From: Lama glama | Lineage: Eukaryota | Direction: 5' to 3' | Length of the DNA stretch: 64,000 nt | Assembly: GCA_028534125.1 (NCBI GenBank) | Contig: CM052816.1 | Span: forward strand, 5,706,001 to 5,770,000 | Shown: positions 51,930 through 64,000 of the stretch, in pieces | How the letters are laid out: every line of letters begins with the position of its first letter | How positions within the stretch are numbered: the first letter of the stretch is position 1 | Made by a program: the position numbers and the translations under genes | Notes under the pieces: generated by a model | The model's input: the letters and a program-made list of their open reading frames with translations, nothing else | Databases searched by the model: none | What the model was told of the DNA's origin: nothing

Positions 51930-53804
51930 ACTGTGCCTCAGTTTTCCGCTTGTGAAATGGGAATAATTCTCCTGCTCCAGCTGTCCATCATGTGAGGATT
52001 AAATGAGGTGACAGATTTGAAAGTGCTTTGAGATTGATTCTGGACAAATCCAGGTGGCTGGACTGGATGTGCCAAGAAAGCCACACTTCCATATTGGGAC
52101 AAGCCCTGCATGGTGCACTTTGCTGTTAAGCCTCTAATGTATATTATTCTCTGCAATACTTCCTAGCACGGCCCAGGCAGAATGGATCAGGCCTTCTTTG
52201 ATCCCCGCTGTACTTGCTGCTCCTGTCTCAGCAAACTCAACACTTCATTATCCACCATCTACTCCTCCAACCGGTGGGGAGCTTTTGCATGGTAGAGACC
52301 CTGCTCCCATCACAATACCTGACACAGCAGCTGTTTGATACACATTTGCTGAATGATGGAGTGGTTTTAAATGTCTAAGTCATCTGTTGTAACCACATGG
52401 TACTTAAACCCCCAGAAACTGCACACCAGTTTTACATGCATGGCAGATATTTCTGGCCCTGCAACTTTCTTTAGGGTCCTGTGGCTAAGATTGCCTGATG
52501 CAGTGCAGAGATCTGGAGGGGAACCTGGAGTCTGGCCCCTCCAGCAGAGATTCTGCAGGCAGAAAGCATCTTGAAGGCACGCAGGATCCCCAGGCTGCCC
52601 CACGTTGTGAGAAGCAGGTGTCACCAGTTCGTGTGCAGCACACGGAAAACCACATCTGGTCCTGTTAAGGCAGGACTGTGTGCCAGCAGCCGTAGGCATG
52701 GGGTCTGTGTCAGACACCTCAGAGTTTCTTGACAAAAGGTAACGGAAGGAGTGAATGAATGTCTCCCCACAATTAACAGAGGGAGTGGAAACACTGTTCA
52801 GAACAAGAGCTAGCCTGCTGGTCTCATCACCACCACCTCTGGCTCAGTGAAAGAAAGAAAAGCAGGACTCATTCTAAGGACTGACCACCAAAAGACAGAT
52901 GTCAGTGTGACCAGAGTGCTGGGCAGACCAGCAGGACTATTATTTACTTGTGGACTTTAAAATACACAGGGTCATAATGTAGGAGAATGAGCTCCTCCAG
53001 TTACAGAGAGTGGCTCCCGGGGACGAGAGGAGAGCTCTGCTCCCCCAGCCCCCAACCCCAGCCTGAACCTGTCTCCAGCCCTCCCTCTCTCTTCCTCCTC
53101 TCCCTTTCCACTTCCCCTCCAGCCCCTCATCTTAGTTCAGCAGCTCCTCTCCTATCCGTCCTGTATAACAGGATTCCAAGAGAGATTTTTCCCTGAGGAA
53201 ATAACTCCTCTGAGAAAACAGTATAACAAAGATGGAGAAAGGATGCCGTCCTTATGAATTACCGTCTCTTTCACCTCCTACAGTACGCTTGCTGCATCTT
53301 TTTCCTGACATACCTTTCTCCCTGTCTTGCTCGTAGACACTCTCCCCTCTGTTCAGGGACTGCTGCTTCCTCCTGGAGGCCTGCCTAGAACTTCCACCCT
53401 GGGAGAGGGCAAGATATTAACCCCTAGCTGTGTGGTTTTCCCACAGTGTCTTGTCTGTTGATTGCTCAGTCAATTGATCCATCTGTCCATCTGTCTATTG
53501 TGATGGTACTTCCTCTCTCCTTTGTATTACTTCTTTGTATTACTTTACTGGTACTGGGTTGTATCACCTCTTTCCTTCTCTGTTCACTGTGACTACCATT
53601 CAAAAATTTCAGCAGTTCCCACAAAAATCGAGATTCCTAGTTTCTTTTGAAAAACGAGACGATCGTGCAACATTCTCATATGGCCATAGTAGACCGGAAC
53701 TGAGTGGAGGCCATTCCCTCTAGACAGGCATGTGCACACTCTTGTGTTCACTGAGTCCCCACCCACCATTGCCTGGGATTCCCCAGACTGTCAGTTTTCC
53801 ATCC

Positions 53805-54072
53805 ATGGTGTGGTGCAGTGGGTAAGAGCGTAGGCTCTGAAGTTGGACTGCCTGGGTTCAAATGCTGGCCCTGCCACCTACTAGCCGTATGACTTTTGAT
53901 AATTTACTTAACCTCTCTATGCCACTGATTCATGATCTGTATAATGAGGTTCTTAATGGTACCTACGTCACTGGGTTATTGTGAGGATTACATGAATTAG
54001 GGAGTGTATACGAGGACTTAGCCTTGTCATACACAGTTAAGTGCTCAATAAATATTCACTATCATTATTATT
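53805..54072 (+). mobile_element. Near full-length MIR
   Basis: Head gtgggtaagagcgtaggctctg...ctgggttcaaatgctggc, the core, and tail taagtgctcaataaatattcactatcattatta. Confidence 0.85.
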
Positions 54073-55388
54073 TACCCTAGTATTTGCACTGTGGTTTTGT
54101 TTCTTAGAAGAAGCATTGCCTACACTGAAGCCTTTATTAAAAATGAGGAAACCACATAGGGGTTTGCTCCTGGTCCATTTCATTCATTTTCTTTTCCTGG
54201 CCCTGGGGGGCATGTAACGTTACAGTCCCTGCATTAGATCTTGGGATCTGATGGTGTGATTTATTCATCTTTGCGTTCCTTAGAGGTACTTAGTGTTTTG
54301 AAAATACGATGCTCGGAATGTTGGTAGAATTCAATTGCATGATCATGGTCATATAGTTTCATGCTGCCTCTAAGATGCTCACTAGTAATGGCCAAAGACA
54401 CCATTAAGTCCCTTTAAGAGTGGGCTGATTTAATTTGTGTCATATGGTCTATGCAGTCGGACCAGTATATCCTGGTTCTCATGAAGCAGACAGAGCACAC
54501 ACATCACCGGATTTGGTAGCCTGCTCGTAAAGTCACAGCACACATGAAAGTCGGCTGGGCAGAAATCAGTCCGTGCGACATGCAATCAATAGGTGTTTCC
54601 CGCACGTTAAATTTTCTATTAGGCTCTGTGGGACAGTTGGTCCTTGATTCACTGAACTGTACCTTGAAATATAGGTGGAGAAAAGAAAAAAAGCAGTAAG
54701 AGGAAAGAGACTGAGGTGGGGGACAAGTAGTGTTTATGGGATCTGAGGAGACTGGCTTGACTGGTGCTATAAGTTTTTTTTTTTTAACATTCTTCCGGAG
54801 GAATAAATTTCATTCCCACGGGAAAGAGAATATGATTAAGAGGTCATTATTCTCTCTTTCTGCTAGATGTCTGTGCTGAGGAGGGATGAATAATATATGT
54901 AAATTTCCCCGCCTGACTTTCTTTTGTTTGAAAACTGCTGGCTTACCACCTCCATCCAACTGGGAGGGTGTGTCTCCTTTGGTTAGGGATTCACCTTCAC
55001 CGGGGCCTTGTCCCTTATCTCCCTGAGAAAGAGGCTGATTATATACAATGATCAAGCCTTGATCTCAGTCCACAGAGCCATTCATAAAATGTTCCTGAAA
55101 CAGATGGTCCAGCATTTCTGTGCAGAGGCTCAACTCAGGATTACCCCCCCCACCCCTTCCTTTCTAGACAAATGGATTGAAGCAATGTAGCTATTAGCTG
55201 AATGGGTTTGCTGAGTGTAAAGGGACTAAGACTATACATTTGAACATTTCTATTTCCTGGTGTCCTGGTGTCCATGGCAGTGAAAAGAAGCCAAGAGAGG
55301 TCTGGCCCAGAGAAGGCCATCACCACTTACTTGGGTCGATCTCCAAACTAACAGAATAGATGGTGAGTGTCAAGGGGAGGCAGCGAGG

Positions 55389-55440
55389 GGAGGGAGAAGT
55401 GGGGGAGGGAGAAGTGGAGGAGGGAGAAGTGGGGGAGGGA
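55389..55440 (+). repeat. 15-bp purine-rich minisatellite (ggagggagaagtggg) x~3.5
   Basis: Units start at 55389, 55404, 55419 and 55434 (partial). Confidence 0.9.
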
Positions 55441-55599
55441 AGGGAATTCATATTTAACAACTATGGACCTACGGACTGTGAGCTCTTCATTAGTGACTTC
55501 CTTTATTCTCAAGGTAATCTTGAGAAGCCTGTTTCAGGATTCCCATTTGGAAAAGGAGAAAACAAAGCCTCAGAAGATGAAGTAAGGCTGATTAACACT

Positions 55600-55830
55600 T
55601 AGTGACTTCAGTTTGTACCAGGCACTATGCTAAGAACTTCATACCATCTCATTTAATCATTTACTACCCTACGAAGTTTATGTTAGTGCCACCTCCCCTT
55701 GTTATACCTGGGAAAATCGAGGCTTAGGGAGGTGAAGCCACTTTTCTCAGCCACTTTTGTCCTTAACTGGCAGACTTGGGATTCATACTCAGCCCTGACT
55801 TCAGGGTCCCATCCATCAGTTGACGCTCCA
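55600..55830 (-). mobile_element. MIR SINE
   Basis: taccaggcactatgctaagaacttc...catctcatttaatc...gaaaatcgaggcttagggaggtgaag. Confidence 0.65.
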
Positions 55831-56854
55831 CACTGCTGCTTGCTACTTTCCCAGGATCAGGCAGGTTGTAAATGTGGGAGGTAAGGTGTGAAAAGGATCT
55901 GATCGACATGAAAGCACATTGCTTCCCACACCCACAAGCCCCGAGTGGCAGAGCTGGGACAGGATCTAGCCCTTCCCGGCTTCATCTGCCTTTGTGTCAC
56001 AGCAGCTGCCTTCTTAGAAAAGGCAAAAGGCTGGGCGAGTCTGAAATAAAGTTGCTGTAGGGGATAAGGAGGGGAAAGGGAAAAGAGGTGCTATTTTTGA
56101 CAGCATCAGCCTCTTAAAAGAAAGCAGCATGCAATTTGTCCGTCAGTCAGCGTCAGCGGGAGAACGCAGCGCTCGGCCAGGCAAATCACAGCCGGTTCTG
56201 GGATGCTGTTCTCGCCGCGGGAAAGGCCATTTGTTTCCCGTGTGGTTCATCTCCGATCCATCCTGGTTGCCTGGCTCTTTCCACTTTCCTCCTCTCTCTC
56301 CTTAATGTGTTGCTCTGCCGTTTGCGAGCTCCTCCACCAGGCGTGATGAAAACAGAGCCCTAGCCAGAATTAGTGTGCGTTTGTCTTTGTGAGGGCCGCA
56401 GCATCCCGCAGATCAGTCCGCACCGTGGAGCTCCAGCCTAGCATCGTGCTTCAAGGAGCGCTTCTGCCCTGGAGGCCACCTATATCTCATCTCCTCCTGA
56501 GGTTTTAAGGAAGCCTTTCAAGGTCGCAAAGGCAGTGAGGGATGCCTCTGTCAGCGCAGAGGTGGGGATGTGGACAGCAGGGGGGTTTTGGAGTCAGGGT
56601 TTGCACTTAAGCGCCATCCAGTGAATTACTGTAAACGTGGGCAAAGTGTCACCACTCTGAATCTTAGCTCCCTAACCTGTGCAGGAAAATGACAATATCC
56701 TAATCCAAAGGGGAGGGGAGGATGAACGCTTGGATGCAGCGAGGGCACTGGATGCATCTGACCGGCCCTGCACGTCATAGGGATGAAATGAACACAAGTT
56801 TCTTCTTCCCACTGCCGCACGTACGGGGCAATTAGTCTCAAGTTGTCTGCTTTT

Positions 56855-57034
56855 CTTCCTTTCTTTTTCTTTTTTTTAACAGACTTCTTTTTCAAAAATT
56901 ATTTCACTTTTCTGGGAGGGAGGTAATTAGGCTTACTTATTTATTTACTTTCTAGAGGAGGTACTGGGGATTGAACCCAGAACCTCATGCATGCTAACCA
57001 TGCACTCTACCACTTTGAGCTGTTCCTCTCTCCC
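56855..57034 (-). mobile_element. tRNA-Ala-derived SINE (camelid vic-1 type)
   Basis: + strand reads ggaggtaattaggcttacttatttattt...gaggtactggggattgaacccagaacctcatgcatgctaaccatgcactctaccac. Same head as 3000-3131. Confidence 0.82.
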
Positions 57035-57499
57035 TTGCTTTTTATTGTTGAAAGGAGTCAAAAGCACTATAGGGTTTCGGGAAACACAAAACTCTTGAGA
57101 GGTGTTTGTGTTTTAATCTGTCATGGCTAAGCAGGGACTCTTTTAACATGTAGTAAATATGTCCCTTTCTGTAAAAGGGACATACCCAATGCATGTTAGA
57201 CAGAGGGCAGTGATGTCAGCCTGTGGTGTGGCCCTGACCCTTGTGTTATATGCCCAACAAATGGAAAGGGTACAAGAAGGCAGGATTCCCCAGGGAATTC
57301 AGGCAGCACAGACAGCACCTCCCTTGGTGGAACCTCGGTTTCTTATTTGTATATTGGTTGGGTAGGACTAAATGAAATTGCGTGTGTGTGTGTGTGTTGG
57401 GTAGGTGGGGAGGATAAATGATCTCTTTTCTCCGAATAATCTTTCCTTCCTCTCAGTTTTCCTCTTGCCTTGTGGTTGAGAAGAGGTCCTAGGATCAGT

Positions 57500-57722
57500 T
57501 TGGCTGCCTTGAAAATCCAGCTCTCCAGTTTCCACGCCAGGTAATCCTGGCCAACTTGCGTAACCTCTCTCTGCCTTGGTTTCCTGAATTGTACAATCAA
57601 GACGAACACAATATACCTTCCCCGGGTTACTGTTAGGATTATGTAAGCTATTACACATCCATGCTCCAGAGAAGTGCCTGGGAGGAGTGAGTGCTTGGTA
57701 AATGTAACAATAGGCCTTATCA
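57500..57722 (+). mobile_element. MIR SINE
   Basis: taacctctctctgccttggtttcctgaattgtac...gagtgcttggtaaatgt. Confidence 0.55.
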
Positions 57723-60339
57723 TCTGCCCTCAAGTGCTAAATCAGCCCCTTATCCCCCTCCGGGACTTGGGCCCTGGGCTATGGCGCCAGTCTCCCGGTG
57801 GGATTGTGTCCCTAATCCATCACACGTGTTCTGACCTGAGAAGCGTCTGTACTGATGTAGCACTTCTTTGGCAAACCTCTAGTCTCTATTCAAACACACA
57901 CACACTCTTTCTCTTTCTGCCTCCCTCTTTGGCCCTCCTTTCCTTTTTTCCTCTCTCTGTTTTTATCTACATCTTCCCTCCCTCTCTTCCTTTCTTTCGA
58001 GCTCTTCTGAGGATGCATGTAAATCCACCCTCTCTGCTTAGAGACCTTTGTCTCTGATCAGGCCCGACCTGGGTCACAGAGTTCATGGGGTTCCCATGAC
58101 AACAAGCATCCCTGGCTACCCATCAGGAGGCGAGGACCAATTGAAAGGGACTGTCATTTCCCTGGGACGTACTGTGTTTATTCTCAGCAGCAGGCTCTGC
58201 ACCAGTACCATGCTATGGGAAGAGGGTGGGAGGGAGGAAGAGAAAGAAATACCAGGCTTTTATTTTTTTTTTTAGTGTGTTCCCTGTGGGGGAGGACCAC
58301 AAATTGTTCTCAGAGAGAGACATTTCTAATACAGCCAGTGTAGGGGGGTGAGGGTGGGGCGCATATGTATTCCTGAGGAACACAGTTGGTTTCAAAAAGA
58401 CAGAAAAAATAAGTTATTTGGCTTAAAAGTAACTTTTCGGTAGGTCTAATGGGAGGAGGATGGGGTGGAGAATTAACATTAATGAGTACCCTCTGTGACA
58501 AGCACTTTCTGCTATTTCATCAAAGCTTGCAGCAACCGCAATGAATTGTTATTGCTCCAATTTTACAGAGGAGAAAACAGAGGCTCATAAAGTTACAGTG
58601 ACTCGCCAAGCTAGGTCAAGCTGCTGGTAAAGTAATGGCCCTTGACCTTCAGTTGATGTTGTTTGATTCCAAGGATCATGGTTTTGATGCTATTCAGTGC
58701 AGGTTCCCTGTCTGCTCACCTCATCTTAATCTTCCTTTCCTTTCCAAGCCATTGCCTCCTCAGTGAAAACATGTTCCTCTCTCTTCCCTGACCTCTCGTC
58801 CTGTCTCCCAAGGTGGACTGCTGTCTCCCTCTGACAGAAGCACTGCGGGGACTTGTGGTCCACATTATTGGACCCCACCTGGACCTGCCTCATCAGGAGT
58901 CTCAGGAATCAGAGTCTAGAAAGGGGCCTTTTAAGCCAGCTTCCCTAGAAGACGTCAGTGCTACTCAAGTTGACAAATCGCTCTTTATGACAATAGATTC
59001 AACACTACACAAAGCAGCACTTTCTTACTTGCTCCCCAGTTACACTCTGGATATCAGCAGGATTCTCTAAAGATGGGAAACTTCTCCACAGCTTGGAAGA
59101 CACACTCATGCCATGTGGTCCCAGCGTGAAGGTGGGCCACCAGGGGGCCCTCAGTCTCGGGAGGTGAGACCACCCCCCATAAAACCTTGTGCTGTCTGCT
59201 CCTGAGTCATGGTCTGAATCTCTCTTCTTTCTTTGGCCAGATGCCAATGCAGACAAGTGGTTCTTAGTAGATATTTTCCAGCCTGGGGTTGTGTGAAGGG
59301 AGGAAAATACATTCAGTGGAAATGCTGTTGAGACTAAGATGTCGATGAGCAATCTGGAGCTTATGTCAGACGACAAAATAAAACGGATGTGGACAAGCTA
59401 GTCAGTGCAGTGGGAGGCGGGGAAGGTGAGTCGCAGGCCCTGTCATTCTTCCTCGTGTGCCGGGAATTCTGTATCCTTCCCGGTGATGCCTTTCTCACCC
59501 TTCTAGGTGCCCCAGAGGGAAAATTGAGGTGGGGGCAATATTTCTCTTTGGGAGGTTAACCCCATATCTACCCACTTTCTGTCCTTGCCCGAATCACTTT
59601 GGACCTGGCTGGGCCTTAGGGAGGAGCCTGGAAGTCTCAGAGAGCTCCCATACCAGATGTCTTTCCCAGACTCCCAAGTCTTAGAGTCTGGTATGGCTGG
59701 TGACAAACAGAGAGCCACTCCTTCCACCTGTCCCCATCTCACTATGATCTGTAACCACATTCGGTATCTCCTACCAGAATGACCGCAGCAGCTGTCTAAA
59801 TGACCTCCCTGCCGGCCAACCTCCCATACTCCTCTCTTTGGTTCATGTTGCAAACCATTGCCAGGATTATCTTTGGAAGTCTGTCTCATCATGATTTCCT
59901 CCATCAGGGACTTCAGTGGCCCCTACTGGCATCAAATAAAAAAATATAGAGACATTTGAAATCCTTCGCAGTGTGACCACAACCATTCGCTCATAATTAT
60001 TAATGCATCCTCTAGTTAAAGTGGACCCCTTGTGGCTCCTGAAAGCAAGCCCTGTGTTTTCTGTTTGCTCACTTTTGGAGCACCTGACTCCTCATTTATC
60101 ACAATTCCTTTAGGGCCTGTCTCGGTTGTGACCTCTGCCATGAAATCTTTGAAAATCCTCCCGTTCAAATGTTGACTCTCCACCTCTTGAATGTTTGACT
60201 GTGTGGCACGGAGTAGAATCGTAGGTGTCTGCGTCGTGCTGCTCATGAATAGCACTTGATTCTGTGTCATTTAGGGGCTGGGATTGCACCTCAGCACCGT
60301 TCCCTGAAGGGCAGTGCACAGTTCTTTATGTGGAGAAGA

Positions 60340-60960
60340 TATGTGTTGGGAAAGGAATCTGTGAAGCTGCTGGAAACTACAGGGGGTGGTCCTAGACCCT
60401 CGCCCACGAAACTGTAGGAGGAAGCTGCCCTGCCCCTATCACCTTGGCCCACACGTCTGGCACGGATGAGACACAGGACAGAACAAACATGTCACAGTCA
60501 CAGACTCCAGAGAAGATTCCATGTAACAACAGTCACAGGTAAAGACCAGACTTTGACCAATGTCCTGACTAGGGTACAACTCTTAGCAAATCCATGAAAC
60601 TCCTGATAGGCGGTTTGTGAAGGAGAATCGTTAGTTGAGATTTTAACTCAGGCCCATCTGGTGTAGATTCCTCCTTGGGCTGGTGAAATAGGGGCTATGC
60701 TCCCTTAGTTAGGAAATTTGAACACATAGTCTCTAACTGAAGGGAATATTCATCATAATAAAGAAAAGAGACTTCAGTTCAGACCAGCAGATACATTTAG
60801 TTGGCAGCAAAAGGGCGAATAGATCATAATTAGTGGATTTACCAATTGCCTTTCCCTAGTGACCAACATTGGCCGCGTAGGTCTTTATCCACAACCTCAG
60901 GGCTTCGGAAACACAGCTCAGCCCCTCACCCAACCCCAAACATGAAGTGACAGCCAACAA
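60340..60960. mobile_element. Possible ERVL-class LTR remnant
   Basis: TG-start block with LTR-like composition between L2 debris. Family not confidently recognised. Confidence 0.3.
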
Positions 60961-62549
60961 ACAGCATCTGTTTCAAAGAAACACCACCTGTCCAAGTGGA
61001 AAATCAAGCACTGAGCCACCTCGCTTCCTGAGTATTTGTTTCCAGAGCAGAAGAGACAAAAACACCATTCTGTCACCGTCACAGCCTTTTAACGCTCTGT
61101 AGGGACACACCTGGCTTCTGCCAAGTAAACTTGGCGAGTTTTAGGGGAACATTTGGGTCTTAGATACCAGTTCTCCGACCTCTTGGGGCAGAGCTGGGTG
61201 ATGTGCCTTGGAGGAACCTGGAGTTTTTCCCAGGCGGGCTGGAAGGGAGTGAATACCCTGCAGGTGTGCTGAGGTCTGGCTTTATGGAGGGCACGTGATG
61301 GAGAGGCTGGCAGGGAGGTCCTTTCTTGCTGTGGGCGCTGGCACTCAGTCTGGAGCACATCTGCCTTGTGAAGGCTGCAAAAACCCCACACTTCATGGGG
61401 CAGAGGAGAAGTTTGTAACAATGTCTAGTGTACTAGAATAGCTTTCTGTAGTGTAAACACTTCTGAAGAGTCTGCAGCTTTGTGAATGGGTGGACATTCA
61501 TTAAAAAGGTATTCTCTACAATTCTAAGTAATTTGAAGACAACACTGATTTCTCTGCCATCTCGTCTTTAAGCACATATAAGCCCCTTTCCCGTGGGGAC
61601 CAGAGGAAACATGTTCTGCCCCTTTACTCCTCTCTTCACTTTCTGCTTCTGTCCTGCAGAGTGCTTTGCTAGGATCAGATTAGTGGAGCTAAGATCACTG
61701 AAGCAGGCACGTGTGTCTGTGGCTTTTGGTTTGCCATGACTCCTTGGTATTCGACCATGCCTTGGGGAATAGGCATTATTTGGGGCATGTGAGGCAGAGA
61801 TAGGATGTAAACCTGGCTGGACTGTGTGCATGCCTCTGGGGTTACTCATATTTTGTGTAAGCACTTTGCAATGGTATGTTTCATGGGACCTCTCCACTAT
61901 TAGTTGCGAGGATGATTCCTTTTATTGCAGAGATGAGAAGTGAAATCCCATAGAGGAAAGAGGGACTTTTGCTAAACCAGGAACTCGAGGCTCTCTTAGG
62001 ATGAGCATTGCTCTTCTATTTTTGAGTCCGGGAGCCCCACAGCTATCGTATAGGTTGGCATTGGAGAGAAGGGAGCACTGGGAGAGCGCTGAGGGCGTGT
62101 GGCCGTCATTTAGGTATTCTTCACTTGTGTATGAACCGTCAGTGATCTGTATCTGGGATGTGTTCTTTTCATTTCTCTTTCCCTTTCTCTTGCTCTTTCT
62201 CAAAATCAATAAATGACTTGTTAAGTCTTATAGAGATTTATGCAATAGAATTAGATTTTTCTTTATTATAGAGTTGATCTATTTTCAGTATTTATCCCAG
62301 GAAGAATCTTTGGGCATGCAAAACCCAGAAAAGCAGTGTTATTGTTCAAGAAGTCGTGCTTGGTACATGAAAGTGAGCACCCACTCTCACCATTTGCCTT
62401 CAGAGTGCTGAGAAGATGCTCTGGGCTCTAAAAGTCTGCTTTTTAATTTTTGAGTTGATGGTTATTGTTTGACCCACATAAATAGGCACTGGGAACCTGG
62501 CCTATGTCCAATCTCCTGCCTTTAATCGTGCTGTCAGTCATAAAGCCCA

Positions 62550-62792
62550 CTGCGATGTTAGAGTAAGTTACAGCCATGGGCTCTGGAGTCAGATTGCTTG
62601 AGCTTGAAATGTGGCTCCTGCTTTATTATGTGCGTCAACCTGGTCAAGTCACTTAACACTGTACCTTTGCTTCCTCATTTGTAAAATGAGGGATAATGGT
62701 ACTTCACAGGGAAATAAGGAGGATTGTATGAGATAACACACCTCTCATGGTGTGTGGCCTGTGGTAGGCTCTCACTCAATGGTAGCTTTCAT
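62550..62792 (+). mobile_element. MIR SINE
   Basis: atgggctctggagtcagattgc...ctggtcaagtcacttaac...cctcatttgtaaaatgagggataat. Confidence 0.75.
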
Positions 62793-63759
62793 TACAGTGG
62801 AAAGTCATTTGAGTGCCAGCTGACCCGAGATTTACCTTCGTATTACTGAGTTTGTCACCTTGTTCCAGCCACCTGTGCATGGGACAGGGTGGTAGAGGTA
62901 CTCTGTTGACTGGACAAATCACGTCACCTCCTGTACCTTGTATTTTCAACTTTGCATATAAGTGTTTAGAACAGATGATGTCCTTGACTCGTAAAGCCTT
63001 CAATCAGTTGTAATACTGCAGCATCACTGATGTTCCTGGACCTGTAAGAACTCATTCTGTACTTTGGGCCTTTCTAGGGTGATGTTCTATGGGTGTCAAA
63101 GAGAAAAGTCTCTTCCTTGCCAAGCACTATTCTTCAGATCTCCTTTGAAACTTGCCTAAACTTGTACAAAGAGTGTTCTAAGTTCTTCTCGGCAAAAATT
63201 TATGATTGGTAAATACCAGGCCACTTGGTTGCCCTTTATTTGGTCACATTCAATTATTTCTACACACCTGTAGCTGTCTTTAGTTTCCTCAGATTTGGAT
63301 GATTACTTAAAATTCTTCAATGCATTTTTTATTGCCCTTCAAATAAGGGCAAAAATCCTTTTCAAAATTCTCCCTTACTCCATTCTCCAGTCTTAGATGA
63401 AACTTTTCTCCTTTTTACAGCCTGTGACCTGGAGCACTTAGCTTCTTTCCATTTACCAACTGTACGGTGACTTCTTGCCTTAGAGTCTTTGCACATGCTG
63501 TTCCCTCTACCTGGCCTGTTCCTCTGTTCCCTCCCCTCACTTCACCTGGTTAACTCCTGTCAATCTGTCATATCTCAGCTTGAAAAAAAGCATCCTTGGG
63601 TAAGTCTAGTTAGCCACATCCCATCCAGCCTGCACACCAGGTTGGACCTTGTTATCTTTGGGCGTGTTTGAGAGCTTCTCTTTGTGCTTATTGTTCTGCA
63701 TTTTCAATTGAATCAGCTGCTGATTTTCATCCATTTATCCTACTTGGGACTCAGAATTT

Positions 63760-64000
63760 AAAATCCGAATATTCATGTTTTCCATAAATTCTGAAAAATT
63801 CCCTTCAGATATTCCTCTATTCCATCCTCTTTTGTCTCCACCTGAAACTCATAGGAGATGCACATGGAATTTTTTTCTCTCTCAGGTCTCTTAACCTCTT
63901 TGTTATATTTTCTGTCTTTTAATCTTTCTGTGTGACATTCTAAGGAATTCTCTCTGATTTTTTTCCCCCAGTGTGCTAATTTTCTCTTTAACTCTGTCAA
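63760..64000 (-). mobile_element. Degenerate L1 ORF1/HAL1-like remnant
   Basis: ORF 63773..64000 (KEDGIEEYLKGIFQNLW) resembles a decayed L1 ORF1p, and the + strand is T-rich. Confidence 0.5.

Noticed and set aside
60290..60318. Non-canonical RE1/NRSE (tcagcacc-N10-gggcagtgc)
   Set aside because: The right half-site is a poor match, the spacing is atypical, and it lies in L2-like debris.

Overview
This is mammalian genomic DNA, most likely camelid, judged from two tRNA-Ala-derived vic-1-type SINEs. The window holds the 3' end of GRIA1 (AMPA receptor subunit GluA1) on the minus strand: the mutually exclusive 115-nt flop (45439-45553) and flip (44582-44696) exons, the M4 exon (37841-37975), the terminal coding exon ending in ATGL* (29895-30095) and a ~2.7 kb 3'UTR with several candidate poly(A) signals. 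Positions 45554-64000 are the intron upstream of flop; I did not find the preceding exon in the window. Positions 1-~27200 are repeat-rich sequence downstream of the gene (L1, L2, MIR, CR1/L3, MLT LTRs, hAT MITEs). Nearly all ORFs in the supplied track are spurious or L1 remnants. I found no wholly new multi-gene system. The most interesting unexplained signals are: (1) an 18-bp hairpin over the flip branch-point region; (2) a GluA2/4-short-like tail ([15 protein letters not shown]) behind the weak M4 donor; (3) a GC-rich hairpin and an in-frame alternative acceptor at the last exon; (4) an L1 insertion with an apparent ~220-nt 3' transduction, in sense orientation inside the GRIA1 intron; and (5) alternative polyadenylation that could gate miR-92/miR-137 sites. 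Repeat subfamily names are from pattern recognition and need RepeatMasker/Dfam confirmation.
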